From Dehalococcoidia bacterium (lineage in GTDB: Bacteria; Chloroflexota; Dehalococcoidia; Lucifugimonadales; UBA3495): a stretch of 64,000 nucleotides of DNA. The stretch spans positions 144,961 through 208,960 of the forward strand of contig CAXXPD010000003.1 in NCBI GenBank assembly GCA_963666415.2. Reading direction: 5' to 3'. The position numbers were made by a program, and so were the translations under genes. Position 1 is the stretch's first letter. Each line of letters opens with the position of its first letter. A model generated the notes under the pieces. That model worked only from the letters and a program-made list of their open reading frames with translations. It did not search any database and was not told the DNA's origin. Below are positions 1 through 8,739 of this stretch, in pieces.

Positions 1-166
1 TGCGGCGAGATCGACAGGACTCCGTACCAAAATGACTTACCGAACGGTTGTCTGCTAGCTTGGCTTTACGCCGTTTGCATCTGCCGCCCAGCAAGCGCGG
101 CTTGCGCTGGATGTCGTTCGCCCTTGTGGGATGACCTTACACATGGGAATCGGAGTGGCCATGTAA

Positions 167-904
167 TTACTCACCGTCTTGCATGATTCCCCGTGCGCGG
201 TTCAACAAAAGGGTGTTGGGGTCGCCGGTGGATGGATCAATGCTTAGTACATCAAAGTTCAATATCAAGGCCCGTGTGGCCAGATGGAGGTCGATGAAGG
301 TGATGCTTGCCTCGTCCAATTCAAAGATGTAGCGCCACCTCTCGAAGTCGTTTTTGTGTCTCTCCAATACGTCCCCAATTGGTTCCTCAGCAATAGTAAC
401 GACCTGCTGTTCACGTATGGTGAGTTTGACAATCGCTTGATATACCTCGTCGATGCCCTTCTTCATATCGGGATCAAGCAACTCGAAAAGCGTGGAAAGA
501 TTGTGTCCCCTGACGAAATAGCCCATCCTCATCATGAGCGTTGCTTTCAACGCCGTCTCAGCAGCTAAAGGTTGAAGAACTACCAAGGACAGAAAATGTC
601 CTAGTGGCGCAACATAGCCCGTCGCCGGAGAATCGGCGAGGGATTGTTTGAGAGATTTGTGTGATTGCTGAACAACGTGGTGCAACGATCGGGCTTGCGC
701 CATCATTTTCTCTCTGTCCGCGTAATACTTCTTCAAGAGAATGTCTCTTCCTTTCGTGCTGCCGCAGGCGAGCGCCAAGTCGTGGTTCTGTTTCTGGCGT
801 TTGGGCCGCTGTGGGGCTCTTTCCATACCTTGAGGCTGGAAAATGGCCGTCCAGTGGCTTCCGGTGTGGAACGACGGTAAGTGTTGGCGTTGACTTGTAG
901 GCAA
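167..904 (-). CDS. hypothetical protein with HEPN-like helical motifs
   Basis: 245-aa ORF; the true start may be the Met at 826. AAETALKATL...VRGHNLSTLFELL and ERHKNDFERWRY resemble HEPN-type helices. Judged by eye only. Confidence 0.4.
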   Translation of the reverse strand: MPTSQRQHLPSFHTGSHWTAIFQPQGMERAPQRPKRQKQNHDLALACGSTKGRDILLKKYYADREKMMAQARSLHHVVQQSHKSLKQSLADSPATGYVAPLGHFLSLVVLQPLAAETALKATLMMRMGYFVRGHNLSTLFELLDPDMKKGIDEVYQAIVKLTIREQQVVTIAEEPIGDVLERHKNDFERWRYIFELDEASITFIDLHLATRALILNFDVLSIDPSTGDPNTLLLNRARGIMQDGE

Positions 905-954
905 GGGTCGCGGTGCAATCTATGTCCGCTTCGCCCTACGTAAGGATGACGTGC

Positions 955-1833
955 CTAACCGTTCAGGTGCTGGTCGATGGCTTTCTTGATCAACTTGAGC
1001 AGGTCGTCTTGCCGTTCCTGCAAATCTACCTCGCGGATTCGTATGTTATAGAACCCGTACCTGTCGTCGTACCGCAGTAGGTTCAACCCAGTATTGTCGA
1101 TCCAGTTCGTCAGGTCTTCGTCTTCCAGGATTTTGAACCCTGCGCCAACGGCGGATCTATTGGCTGAGAACAGCAGGAAGTTTCGCACCGGTCCGCCCAG
1201 TGTCACGCTAGCGTAACTATAGGTGTACCGAAGGGTGGCTTCTGGCTGGATTTTCTTGGTCAGTTCCAGCAGGTCGTCGATGATTTTCATCGAGGACTGT
1301 GGTTTGTGCTGTTCCCAGTAGGTTCTGTCGGCGATTTGCCGCTGGTCCTCTTCATCGGTGCCCAGTTGCACCAGGTCAATGACCTTGGTACCTATCAGGC
1401 TGAAGTGTCCTGCGACCTCGACTCCCTTCAGTTGGATCGCGATCAATGGAATCGTGCGGTTCATCAGTGAGATGACGTTTAGGAAACGGCTGGTGACGTC
1501 TTCTGCGACTACTACCGCTACATGGTCGTACTGGGGAAAGCGTCGGCGCTCGATGTCCCAGTATTCGATGGCGCGAATGAGGTGCGACTCATCCAAGCGG
1601 CCCAACTGTACTTCAACCGTGTAACGGGTGTCCGAATCGTCCTTGAGGAGAAGATCGAGCCTGCCTCCGCTGTACTGTGGTCGTTCATGGTCGAGAAAAA
1701 TCAGCTTACCCAGCCCGAGGATCTCGGGTTTCTTGATTATGCACTGATGCACCCACGTTTCATTGATGACGGGGTGGTTCGCTAGGCTGACAAATTTGTG
1801 CTCGATTACCTCTGGCAGGTTTTGGTTGGCCAT
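955..1833 (-). CDS. PD-(D/E)xK nuclease-like protein
   Basis: 292-aa ORF. GRLDLLLKD...YTVEVQLGRLDESHLIRAIEYWD fits a D...(D/E)xK core. It lies 50 nt upstream of the next minus-strand gene, so a two-gene unit is likely. Confidence 0.5.
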   Translation of the reverse strand: MANQNLPEVIEHKFVSLANHPVINETWVHQCIIKKPEILGLGKLIFLDHERPQYSGGRLDLLLKDDSDTRYTVEVQLGRLDESHLIRAIEYWDIERRRFPQYDHVAVVVAEDVTSRFLNVISLMNRTIPLIAIQLKGVEVAGHFSLIGTKVIDLVQLGTDEEDQRQIADRTYWEQHKPQSSMKIIDDLLELTKKIQPEATLRYTYSYASVTLGGPVRNFLLFSANRSAVGAGFKILEDEDLTNWIDNTGLNLLRYDDRYGFYNIRIREVDLQERQDDLLKLIKKAIDQHLNG

Positions 1834-2220
1834 GAATCTTTCTCCGTGCAGAACTCATTTCCTTGGCAAAATGCTCTAACCGCGTGCTTTATAGCAAGGA
1901 CTGATGGCGGTTTCAAGGAACCGTTCGCATCAGGGAAGATCTAAGTTCGTTTCCGGTCGACGCCAAGTGACAGTCGCCCTTTGGCTCGTTTGATTGTAGA
2001 CCGTGTTCAGAAGTCTCAGGTGGTTCGGCCTTCGGGCTATGAGTCCTCATCTGGCCCGAGATGTCAAGGGCGGCGGCATGGTGTTGTCGCTCCTTGGTTT
2101 CGCACTAATCTACTTGGGATGATTTGCTGCAGCACGTCCACCGGCGTGCTGATTTTGACGAACTGCCCAGACTGGCGGCGCCGCGCGTGAAGTGCCCAGA
2201 TTCCTGCGCTGGGGTCACGG

Positions 2221-2280
2221 AGAGCCCCTTAGCGAGTCTTGGGTGCTCTCTACCTTGGGCTTGGAAACGAGCCTACAGCG
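2221..2280 (+). repeat. about 60-nt direct repeat, copy A (core CTTGGAAACGAGCCTACAGCGG)
   Basis: About 75% identical to 2743-2805 in the same orientation. Lies just 3' of the PaREP1-like gene. Confidence 0.6.
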
Positions 2281-2326
2281 GGGTGCGGTTCACAAAAGCC
2301 GAGGCCTACTCTAGCTCGTGAGGTTG

Positions 2327-2692
2327 TCAAACCTGTTCCAGCAGCGTCTCTAGCCTGTCCACCAAAGCCTGCACATCGTCCAAGCTCTCGGCGATGTCCT
2401 CGGCCGACATCTCGTTTTCGTAGAAGTTTCCGTGCAGGTCGTTGGCCACCGAGAAAAAGCGGTAAACGTCTCGGTCGCCCGTTTCGGCTCGGAGTCTGCT
2501 GGCGGCGCGGGATAGATGCCGGTGCTTGCCGTGTTCCCAACTGCGCTGCTCGGCGATGGCCTTCAGCATCTGGGCGACTGCTCCCCAGCCCTTTTCGGAG
2601 GCCTGCTGCAGGTCGCCGGCGGCCAGTTCCTGCTTGGCTTGGGCCAAGAACCGCTGGCTGGCTTGCTGATACGCCTGGGTGGTCATGGTCAA
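2327..2692 (-). CDS. PaREP1-family / HEPN-like small helical protein
   Basis: 121 aa. The GDLQQASEKGWGAVAQMLKAIAE...HGKHRHL pattern is typical of PaREP1-type proteins. The large GC-rich ORFs overlapping it on both strands are shadow ORFs. Confidence 0.6.
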   Translation of the reverse strand: MTMTTQAYQQASQRFLAQAKQELAAGDLQQASEKGWGAVAQMLKAIAEQRSWEHGKHRHLSRAASRLRAETGDRDVYRFFSVANDLHGNFYENEMSAEDIAESLDDVQALVDRLETLLEQV

Positions 2693-2742
2693 TCTCCGGG
2701 TGTTCTCTCAGGTTACCAACTGCGGCGTGCTGGCGGCAAGGA

Positions 2743-2805
2743 GAGCTCCTTGGCGAGTCCTGGGTGGCATTCTGTGCCTCGGGTCTGGAAACGGGCCTAC
2801 AGCGG
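2743..2805 (+). repeat. about 60-nt direct repeat, copy B (core TCTGGAAACGGGCCTACAGCGG)
   Basis: Paralogous to 2221-2280. Lies just 5' of the PaREP1-like gene. Confidence 0.6.
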
Positions 2806-3245
2806 CTCTCGTGCAGCGGCACACGGTTGCTGGCCGGCTGTGGTTTCGGAGGGTAATTCTCGAACGTTCCGAGTAGCGAAATCGCTTAGCTAAGAACGGC
2901 AAGGTTTTTTTGTCTGGTGGTAGACGGTAGTTACGTCATGCGGGCCAACTCGTCCGCATTGATGCTTCGCTTGGTATCGCAGAGTTCATTAGCAACTCTG
3001 CCATTCTGTCGCCCACGTAGTCTAGCGCCGCGCTTGCGGACGAACTCGGTGACCGGCCCAGGGCGGGAGAACTGTCAGAGTTGGGTATAAAGTCTGCCAC
3101 TGCCCACGTCCGCATGCTTCCTGCCGCTCCACCAACCAACGACTGCCATAGCTGCACATTGAGTCGGCACCAAAGCACTAGCCGTTCCCCGGGCCAATCG
3201 GCCACCTGTGTTAGCGACGCCCTGATAAAATTGGGTAGATGATGA

Positions 3246-3609
3246 TTGCCGGTCAATGAACATCAGGTTTACGAACTTCCGGGAGGATACGCAGTGGGCG
3301 CGTTCACAGCTAGTTCAATGACGATAGCTGGATACCTTGGTGAAATAGTTGGCTACAAGGCGGGCCTCGCTCTCACTCGCGAGGAGCTCGGGGAACATCT
3401 AAGTGATACCCCAGATATTCGGGATGCGGTCCTCGTGCCAGAGGACCGACAGGTACGTTTGCGATCCGAAGAATTAGAAGCAGCTGTCAGTTGGCTTTTA
3501 TACCGAGTTGGTAATATTGCTACTCCACAACCATTGCCACCCATCACGGCTGTTTACCACCGCTTCGCGGATGATCCAACGCACAGTGAGATTCTCGACG
3601 AGGTTCTAA
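3246..3609 (+). pseudogene. 5' part of an Mrr-like restriction endonuclease gene, interrupted by IS701
   Basis: The ORF runs into the IS701 inverted repeat at 3610. Removing the IS plus one CTAA copy (1461 nt, a multiple of 3) joins it in frame to 5071-5771. Confidence 0.7.
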
Positions 3610-5066
3610 TATTACAACGACGGTTGGCATGGTAGGATGGTGGGGTACTGGGGAAGACTTGAGCAGGTGAGGCAGGGAAATGGATGCGGCGGCTTTCGAG
3701 CAGGTGGACGGGGCCTTTCAGGATTTTCACGCTTACTTCGCTGCGCTGTTTGGTCGCCGGGAGGCGCGGGATCACAGTCGCCATTATCTGCAGGCCCTGC
3801 TGGTGCAGTCCGGGGAGCGGCGCAACGCCGAGAATCTGTCGGAGACGGTTCCGGCGTCAGCCCGGGTGATGCAGCGGTTTCTCGCCGAATCCCCTTGGGA
3901 TGACGACGTGGTCATCGGACGCCTCCAAGAGTACTTGGGACCCCGGCTGGGGCACCCGGAGGCGGTGTGGGTGCTGGACGGCAGCGACTTCCCCAAGCAG
4001 GGCAGGAAGTCAGTGGGAGTGGCCCGGCAGTACTGCGGGAGCCTGGGCAAGGTGGCCAACTGCCAGGCTGGAATGTTCCTGGCCTACGTCAGCCTGCAGG
4101 GACGGGCCCTGGTGGACAAACGGCTTTATCTGCCGGAGAGCTGGACCTCGGACACCGACCGCTGTGCGGCGGCGGGGGTACCGGAAGAGAGTCGGAACTA
4201 CCGGTCGAAAACCAAGTTGGCGTTGGAGATGCTGGCGCGGGCCCTGGAGCGGGGGCATCTGAAAGCCGGCTGGGTTGCCGGGGACGACGCCTTCGGGATG
4301 TCGCCGTCCTTCCGCGAGGAACTGGCGGCTCTGGGGATGCGCTACGTGCTGGACGTCCCCGGCGGCACCACGGTCTGGCCGCTGGAGCCAGCTTGGACCA
4401 GTCCGGAGTATCAGGGGATCGGGCGTCCCCGCAAACCCAGGCTCAAGGGCGGGCAGCGGCGCACCATGGTGGAGCGCAGTGACGAATTGCCGGAGGAGGC
4501 CTGGCGGGAGATTACGGTGGCGGAGGGAAGCCAGGGTCCCCGCAGCTACCAGTTCAGCGCCCAGCGGGTGCGGTCGACCAGTAAGCGGAAGCCTGGCGAA
4601 ATCCACTGGGCCGTCTACCGCCGGAACCGGGACGGCAGCGAGCCCCGCTACTACCTGTCCAACGCCCCGGAGGACACTTCCCTGGAGACCCTGGCCTACG
4701 TGGGAGGGTCGCGGTGGCGCATTGAAACCGAGTTCGAGACGGAAAAAAGCGATGTGGGGCTGGATGAGTACGAGACCCGCACCTGGGCGGGCTGGCATCA
4801 TCACGTGGCCCTGTGCCTGCTGGGCGGAGCGTTTCTCCTGAGTCTGCAACAGGCTTGGGGGGAAAAAGATGCCCCAGATCACGAGACCGCAGGTCTACCG
4901 GGTGGTCAGGGAGATGCTGCCCCGGGAACGGTTCGGGCCGGCTGAGTTGATGCGGTGGCTGGAGCAGACCCAAGAATGCAACGAACGGGCCAGACGCTCT
5001 CATGCCAAGCGGCGCGCCGCCCTTCGCGCGTCCCCGCACATCCCTCCTTGAACAGTCGTTGTAATA
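3610..5066 (+). mobile_element. IS701-family insertion sequence, copy 1 (1457 bp)
   Basis: Terminal inverted repeats TATTACAACGACGGTT / AACAGTCGTTGTAATA. 4-bp duplication CTAA at 3606-3609 and 5067-5070. All six-frame ORF translations match those of copy 2. Confidence 0.9.
3680..4945 (+). CDS. IS701-family DDE transposase
   Basis: 421 aa. Shows VLDGSDFPK, WVAGDDAFG and GGSRWRIETEFETEK (DDE with the RW.IE..F motif). A 60-aa tail ORF (4869-5051) in the +1 frame overlaps the 3' end. Confidence 0.9.
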   Translation: MDAAAFEQVDGAFQDFHAYFAALFGRREARDHSRHYLQALLVQSGERRNAENLSETVPASARVMQRFLAESPWDDDVVIGRLQEYLGPRLGHPEAVWVLDGSDFPKQGRKSVGVARQYCGSLGKVANCQAGMFLAYVSLQGRALVDKRLYLPESWTSDTDRCAAAGVPEESRNYRSKTKLALEMLARALERGHLKAGWVAGDDAFGMSPSFREELAALGMRYVLDVPGGTTVWPLEPAWTSPEYQGIGRPRKPRLKGGQRRTMVERSDELPEEAWREITVAEGSQGPRSYQFSAQRVRSTSKRKPGEIHWAVYRRNRDGSEPRYYLSNAPEDTSLETLAYVGGSRWRIETEFETEKSDVGLDEYETRTWAGWHHHVALCLLGGAFLLSLQQAWGEKDAPDHETAGLPGGQGDAAPGTVRAG

Positions 5067-5070
5067 CTAA

Positions 5071-5771
5071 CTCGTTGCTTGGAAACGCTCAAAGTTGAAG
5101 TTGCCAATACTCCGCATGGAACGCCTCTCGATTTTCATCAGTTCCTCGCGACTGCCGCTACAGAATTCGGTGAACCCGGGCTCGACATCGCCAATGCGGT
5201 GATCGACGGGATACTCCTTCAACTGCATACCTCACCTTGGGTTCCTCAGAGATGGTTCGATTGGAACGACACGGTTCAGCTACGAGACCTGTTCAAGCGC
5301 GAGAACCTCGAAACACAATACGGAACGTTTTTCGATCAGCGCTTCGTGGACTACTTGGCTCAGAACTTTCAGCAGATTGGCGACATCAATTGGCGTCAGT
5401 TTGAAAGACTAACAGCAGAGTACTTTCAGCGCGATGGGTTCCGAGTTGAGATAGGACCTGGGCGAGGCGACGGTGGGGTAGACGTACGCGTTTGGGATCC
5501 AACACATGACGCCGCGAAGCCACCACTGATTCTCATACAGTGCAAACGTCAAGTGGCTAAGGTCGATCAGGTCATCGTAAAGGCTCTTTGGGCGGATGTT
5601 TCGCACGAGGAGGCTAAGTCGGGGCTCATCGTTACCACGAGCGCATTGGCGCCTAGCGCTGATACAGTTCGGAGGGTCCGCGAATACCCGATTACTGTAG
5701 CAGAGAGGCAAACGCTAAGGGACTGGATCGAACAGCTGAGGTCCCCTGGAATCGGGACGTTCTTGGCATGA
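5071..5771 (+). pseudogene. 3' part of the Mrr-like restriction endonuclease gene (Mrr_cat-type nuclease domain)
   Basis: FERLTAEYFQRDGF...GDGGVDVRVWD...LIQCKR...GLIVTTS matches the Mrr catalytic-domain pattern. In frame with 3246-3609 across the IS. Confidence 0.7.
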
Positions 5772-6066
5772 ACCTAACGACACCCCCGACAGATGGCATC
5801 AAGTTAGCACCGTGCTAGTGCTACTCTTGGCGTACCGACCTAAGAAGCCGCTGGCTTGTCATCAGAATTGCGACGACGCCTCTATGTGTTCCTGTAGCAG
5901 CGCGCGGCTAGGTAGTACTGGTTCGGCAGGTCGCGCGTCCCGTTTGCATCGTTGTAACGCCAGAAACGGCAGACTTTGAACGGAAGTCTGCCATGTTAGA
6001 CTGACCGCATGGCCACGCGAGGACTTCCCTTGGAGCATTCGAACAAATTTATCCCGCAGGGTTCCG

Positions 6067-6438
6067 GTGACCGCATACAATTCTGATCACGCCCTTTATA
6101 TCTTGAAGGCTCTTGCCGATCGTGAGTATTCGTCGGCTTTCTCGCTCATGGATCTGCCTCTGGCGGACATTAGCGAGGAAGAGGCGATTACCCACTTCGG
6201 TTGGTTATCGGATTTGGGCTACGTTGAAGGTAATCTCGACACCGTCGCGAACAGTGTCGCGCCAGTCGATTACTACGCCGTGCGTCTCACGGGTCAGGGA
6301 GCGGTGTTTCTTGAAACTTTCCGCGACCAAGGCTTTTACGCGAGTGTGAAACAAAAGGCGCAGGAGATCGGATGCGGCCAGATGCCTCACGTATTGATCA
6401 AGATCGGCGAAAGATTGGTTGACAGCTTCCCCATCTGA
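6067..6438 (+). CDS. hypothetical protein (possibly a DUF2513-like winged-helix protein)
   Basis: 123-aa ORF with a GTG start and protein-like composition. Family guess only, from ILKAL...HFGWLSDLGYVEG...RLTGQG. Confidence 0.35.
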   Translation: MTAYNSDHALYILKALADREYSSAFSLMDLPLADISEEEAITHFGWLSDLGYVEGNLDTVANSVAPVDYYAVRLTGQGAVFLETFRDQGFYASVKQKAQEIGCGQMPHVLIKIGERLVDSFPI

Positions 6439-6852
6439 CATTCGCGCTAGGGCGGTACTCTGTTGAACCTGCCAGCGTACTGAATGGCAGACTTGTCCTA
6501 GAAGTCGGTCATTCTGACCGTAGATAACGCGGCACCAAGTTGTCGCTTTGATTCGCCCAATGCAGTTTACGACGGGTCGCCATAACTGACTTGCCGGGCG
6601 TTTTGATACCTAATTTGGTTCACACAACAAGCCTTACGTAAACCCGTTTGTGCGGGGACGGCGACCGCCGTGGTGGTTGCGGTTTTCGTCAACCGTGGAT
6701 GGCCAGCGGTCGGTTACGAGATCCGTCGAAAAAGCAGATCCGGTGGTCAGAGATTTTGACTGGATTCCGTCGCCCTGCAGCGACGGTTTCGTTCATTTAG
6801 GAACAGCGGCCTTCGCTGCTCCGAAGCTGAACCGGATTACGTTTAGCAGCGA

Positions 6853-7209
6853 TTACGACCTTGGGAGATACAGTGGTCCCTCTTGGGTCCGTTTGCTTTT
6901 GGCAACTTCTACTTTGGACAGTTGGCTTGGCGACTCGTTGGGCCACGTCGCGTAGGGTATCCAATACCCGTAGAAGAGTTGCGGGTAATAGAATTGGCAC
7001 GCTTCGCTGTACATGTCGGCTAACCTAGCGGTCTGGTCTGTGGTCGGCATGTTCGGATTTTGTGTGTACCCTTCGTTGTACATACGCTTGAAGAGTTCGT
7101 AAGGTGGGTTGTCCATTTCCAGTAACTCTTGTCCGGGAGTGTCGAGCCACTTCAGGGCCTGAACGTATTGATTCGGGATCTTGTACGCCGGCGTTTCATC
7201 GTACCGCAC
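6853..7209 (-). CDS. hypothetical protein
   Basis: 118-aa ORF rich in Tyr and Trp, with a natural-looking composition. No recognisable motif. Confidence 0.35.
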   Translation of the reverse strand: MRYDETPAYKIPNQYVQALKWLDTPGQELLEMDNPPYELFKRMYNEGYTQNPNMPTTDQTARLADMYSEACQFYYPQLFYGYWIPYATWPNESPSQLSKVEVAKSKRTQEGPLYLPRS

Positions 7210-7316
7210 GGCGGTACTGGCAAGCTTGTCCCATTCCGAGTCAACGTGTTGCAGCAGATTTCGGAGGCATTCTGCCTCGTGCTTTTGATTGCGTTGGTCT
7301 GCGTTGGCTTTGCTTA

Positions 7317-8200
7317 GAGGGCGTGTGACAAAGCGGGCTAAACGTGCACCCTCTGTTCTTGGGGTGAGGATGGGATGGTGGTTACGCTGGGAGAATGAGC
7401 AGAAAACGTTACCCCAGCGATTTGACCGATGCCCAGTGGGACGAATTGGCTCCCCTGCTGCCGCCCGACACCACCAGAGGCCATCCCAGAACCACAGACC
7501 TGCGTGAGGTGGTCAACGGCATCCTGTACGTGCTGCGCGGCGGCATACCCTGGCGACTGATGCCCCATGACCTGCCACCTTGGGGCACGGTCTGGTGGTA
7601 CTTCCGGAAGTGGCGAGATGACGGGACCTGGGAACGGGTTGAGGAAGCCTTGCGGGTCCGGGTTCGGGAAGTGGCTGGGCGAGAGGCTACGCCCAGCGCG
7701 GCGATCATCGATAGCCAGTCGGTGAAGACCACGGAAAAAGGGGGCCCCGCGGTTATGACGCTGGCAAACGGGTAGCCGGACGCAAGCGGCACATCGTGGT
7801 GGACACCATGGGATTGCTGCTGGCCGTGGTGGTTCATGCTGCCGACATCCAGGATCGGGACGGCGCCAAGCTGGTGTTGGCCAAACTGCTGGGTCGATTC
7901 CCCCGACTGCAGGTGATCTGGGCAGATGCTGGCTACGCGGGTCGACTGGTGTCGTGGGCTTGGGCCACGGGCGGTTGGCTGCTGACCGTGGTCAAGCGCA
8001 AACCGGACAGCCACCACTTTGAGGTCCTGCCCAGGCGGTGGGTGGTGGAACGCACCTTGGCTTGGCTGAGCCGATGCCGACGGTTGAGCAAAGACTATGA
8101 AGAACGCACCGAGAGCAGCGAAGCCTGGGTGCATATCGCCATGGTTCACCTAATGCTCAAACGGCTCCAACCTGCTTGAATCTATTTGTCACACGCCCTC
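7317..8200 (+). mobile_element. IS5-family (IS427/IS1031-like) insertion sequence, type A (884 bp)
   Basis: Perfect 16-bp inverted repeats GAGGGCGTGTGACAAA / TTTGTCACACGCCCTC. TTA is duplicated at 7314-7316 and 8201-8203; the exact boundary is ambiguous by up to 5 nt. Confidence 0.85.
7395..8179 (+). CDS. IS5-family transposase made from two frames by a -1 frameshift
   Basis: ORFA is 7395-7775 and ORFB runs to 8179. The slippery run GAAAAAGGGGG at 7734-7744 joins ...KTTEKG to [22 protein letters not shown]. Confidence 0.8.
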
Positions 8201-8208
8201 TTAGAGGC

Positions 8209-8616
8209 TCAGCCCAGTACATCCAGCAGAGTTGCGAGGTTATGGTTTGTTTGCGTAGTCACACTTCGGGTAGTCGGGAGCGCCACACGGTTCGGTCGAG
8301 GTCGTCCATTTTTGCAGGGTCGAGTTTGGCGAACTCCGCATATACGTGCGGCTTCAGGTTGTCCAGCGCCCACGCCTGGCACCAACGTTGGTCGTCTTGC
8401 AGCGTCTGCTTTCTTGGACGCGGTTGCGTGGCTACCGCATTGTTTGCTGCTCCGTTCTCGGGCGGGCAGCGCACTGTTGGTTGCCTCGCCTGTCGCCGTT
8501 GGTTTGGCCGTTTTGTGGTTCACCTCTGGCGTCGCGTCGAAGAACGAGCAGGCGGTGCCCAAGCTAATGGCCAGCGCGACGGCTGCAATCAAGATGATTT
8601 TTCGTGAGAAGGTCAC
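8209..8616 (-). CDS. small secreted protein or lipoprotein, possibly frameshifted
   Basis: GTG start at 8616 preceded by AAGGAGA. Signal-like MTFSRKIILIAAVALAISLGTAC. The 3' half reads more protein-like in another frame (8259-8474). Confidence 0.3.
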   Translation of the reverse strand: MTFSRKIILIAAVALAISLGTACSFFDATPEVNHKTAKPTATGEATNSALPARERSSKQCGSHATASKKADAARRPTLVPGVGAGQPEAARICGVRQTRPCKNGRPRPNRVALPTTRSVTTQTNHNLATLLDVLG

Positions 8617-8671
8617 TGTATCTCCTTTTCGTAATAGGTCTTGGTGACTGGCGTTCGTGCCGACCGTAGAG

Positions 8672-8701
8672 CAACGAAAAGGGCGGCTCAATCGAGCCGC
8701 C
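8672..8701 (-). terminator. rho-independent terminator candidate closing the defence operon
   Basis: Perfect 8-bp stem GGCGGCTC/GAGCCGCC (8682-8701) with a 4-nt loop. On the minus strand it is followed by CTTTTCGTT. Lies 38 nt after the helicase stop. Confidence 0.6.
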
Positions 8702-8739
8702 TATCGTGGGTCGTTTTTACCCTGCCGTTCGTCAGTGGG

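Noticed and set aside
2239-2856. Long GC-rich ORFs overlapping real genes on the same or the opposite strand. Examples are 2239-2856, 2250-2822, 4010-4882, 22620-23435, 28845-30065, 32154-33236, 33996-35042 and 51735-52682.
   Set aside because: They have Arg/Pro/Gly/Ala-dominated low-complexity translations. They lie antisense to or out of frame with ORFs that carry clear catalytic motifs. These are typical shadow ORFs of high-GC DNA.
2936-3256. The 106-aa minus-strand ORF upstream of the PaREP1-like gene
   Set aside because: Its composition is unconvincing, it has no motif, and it overlaps the start of the Mrr-like gene.
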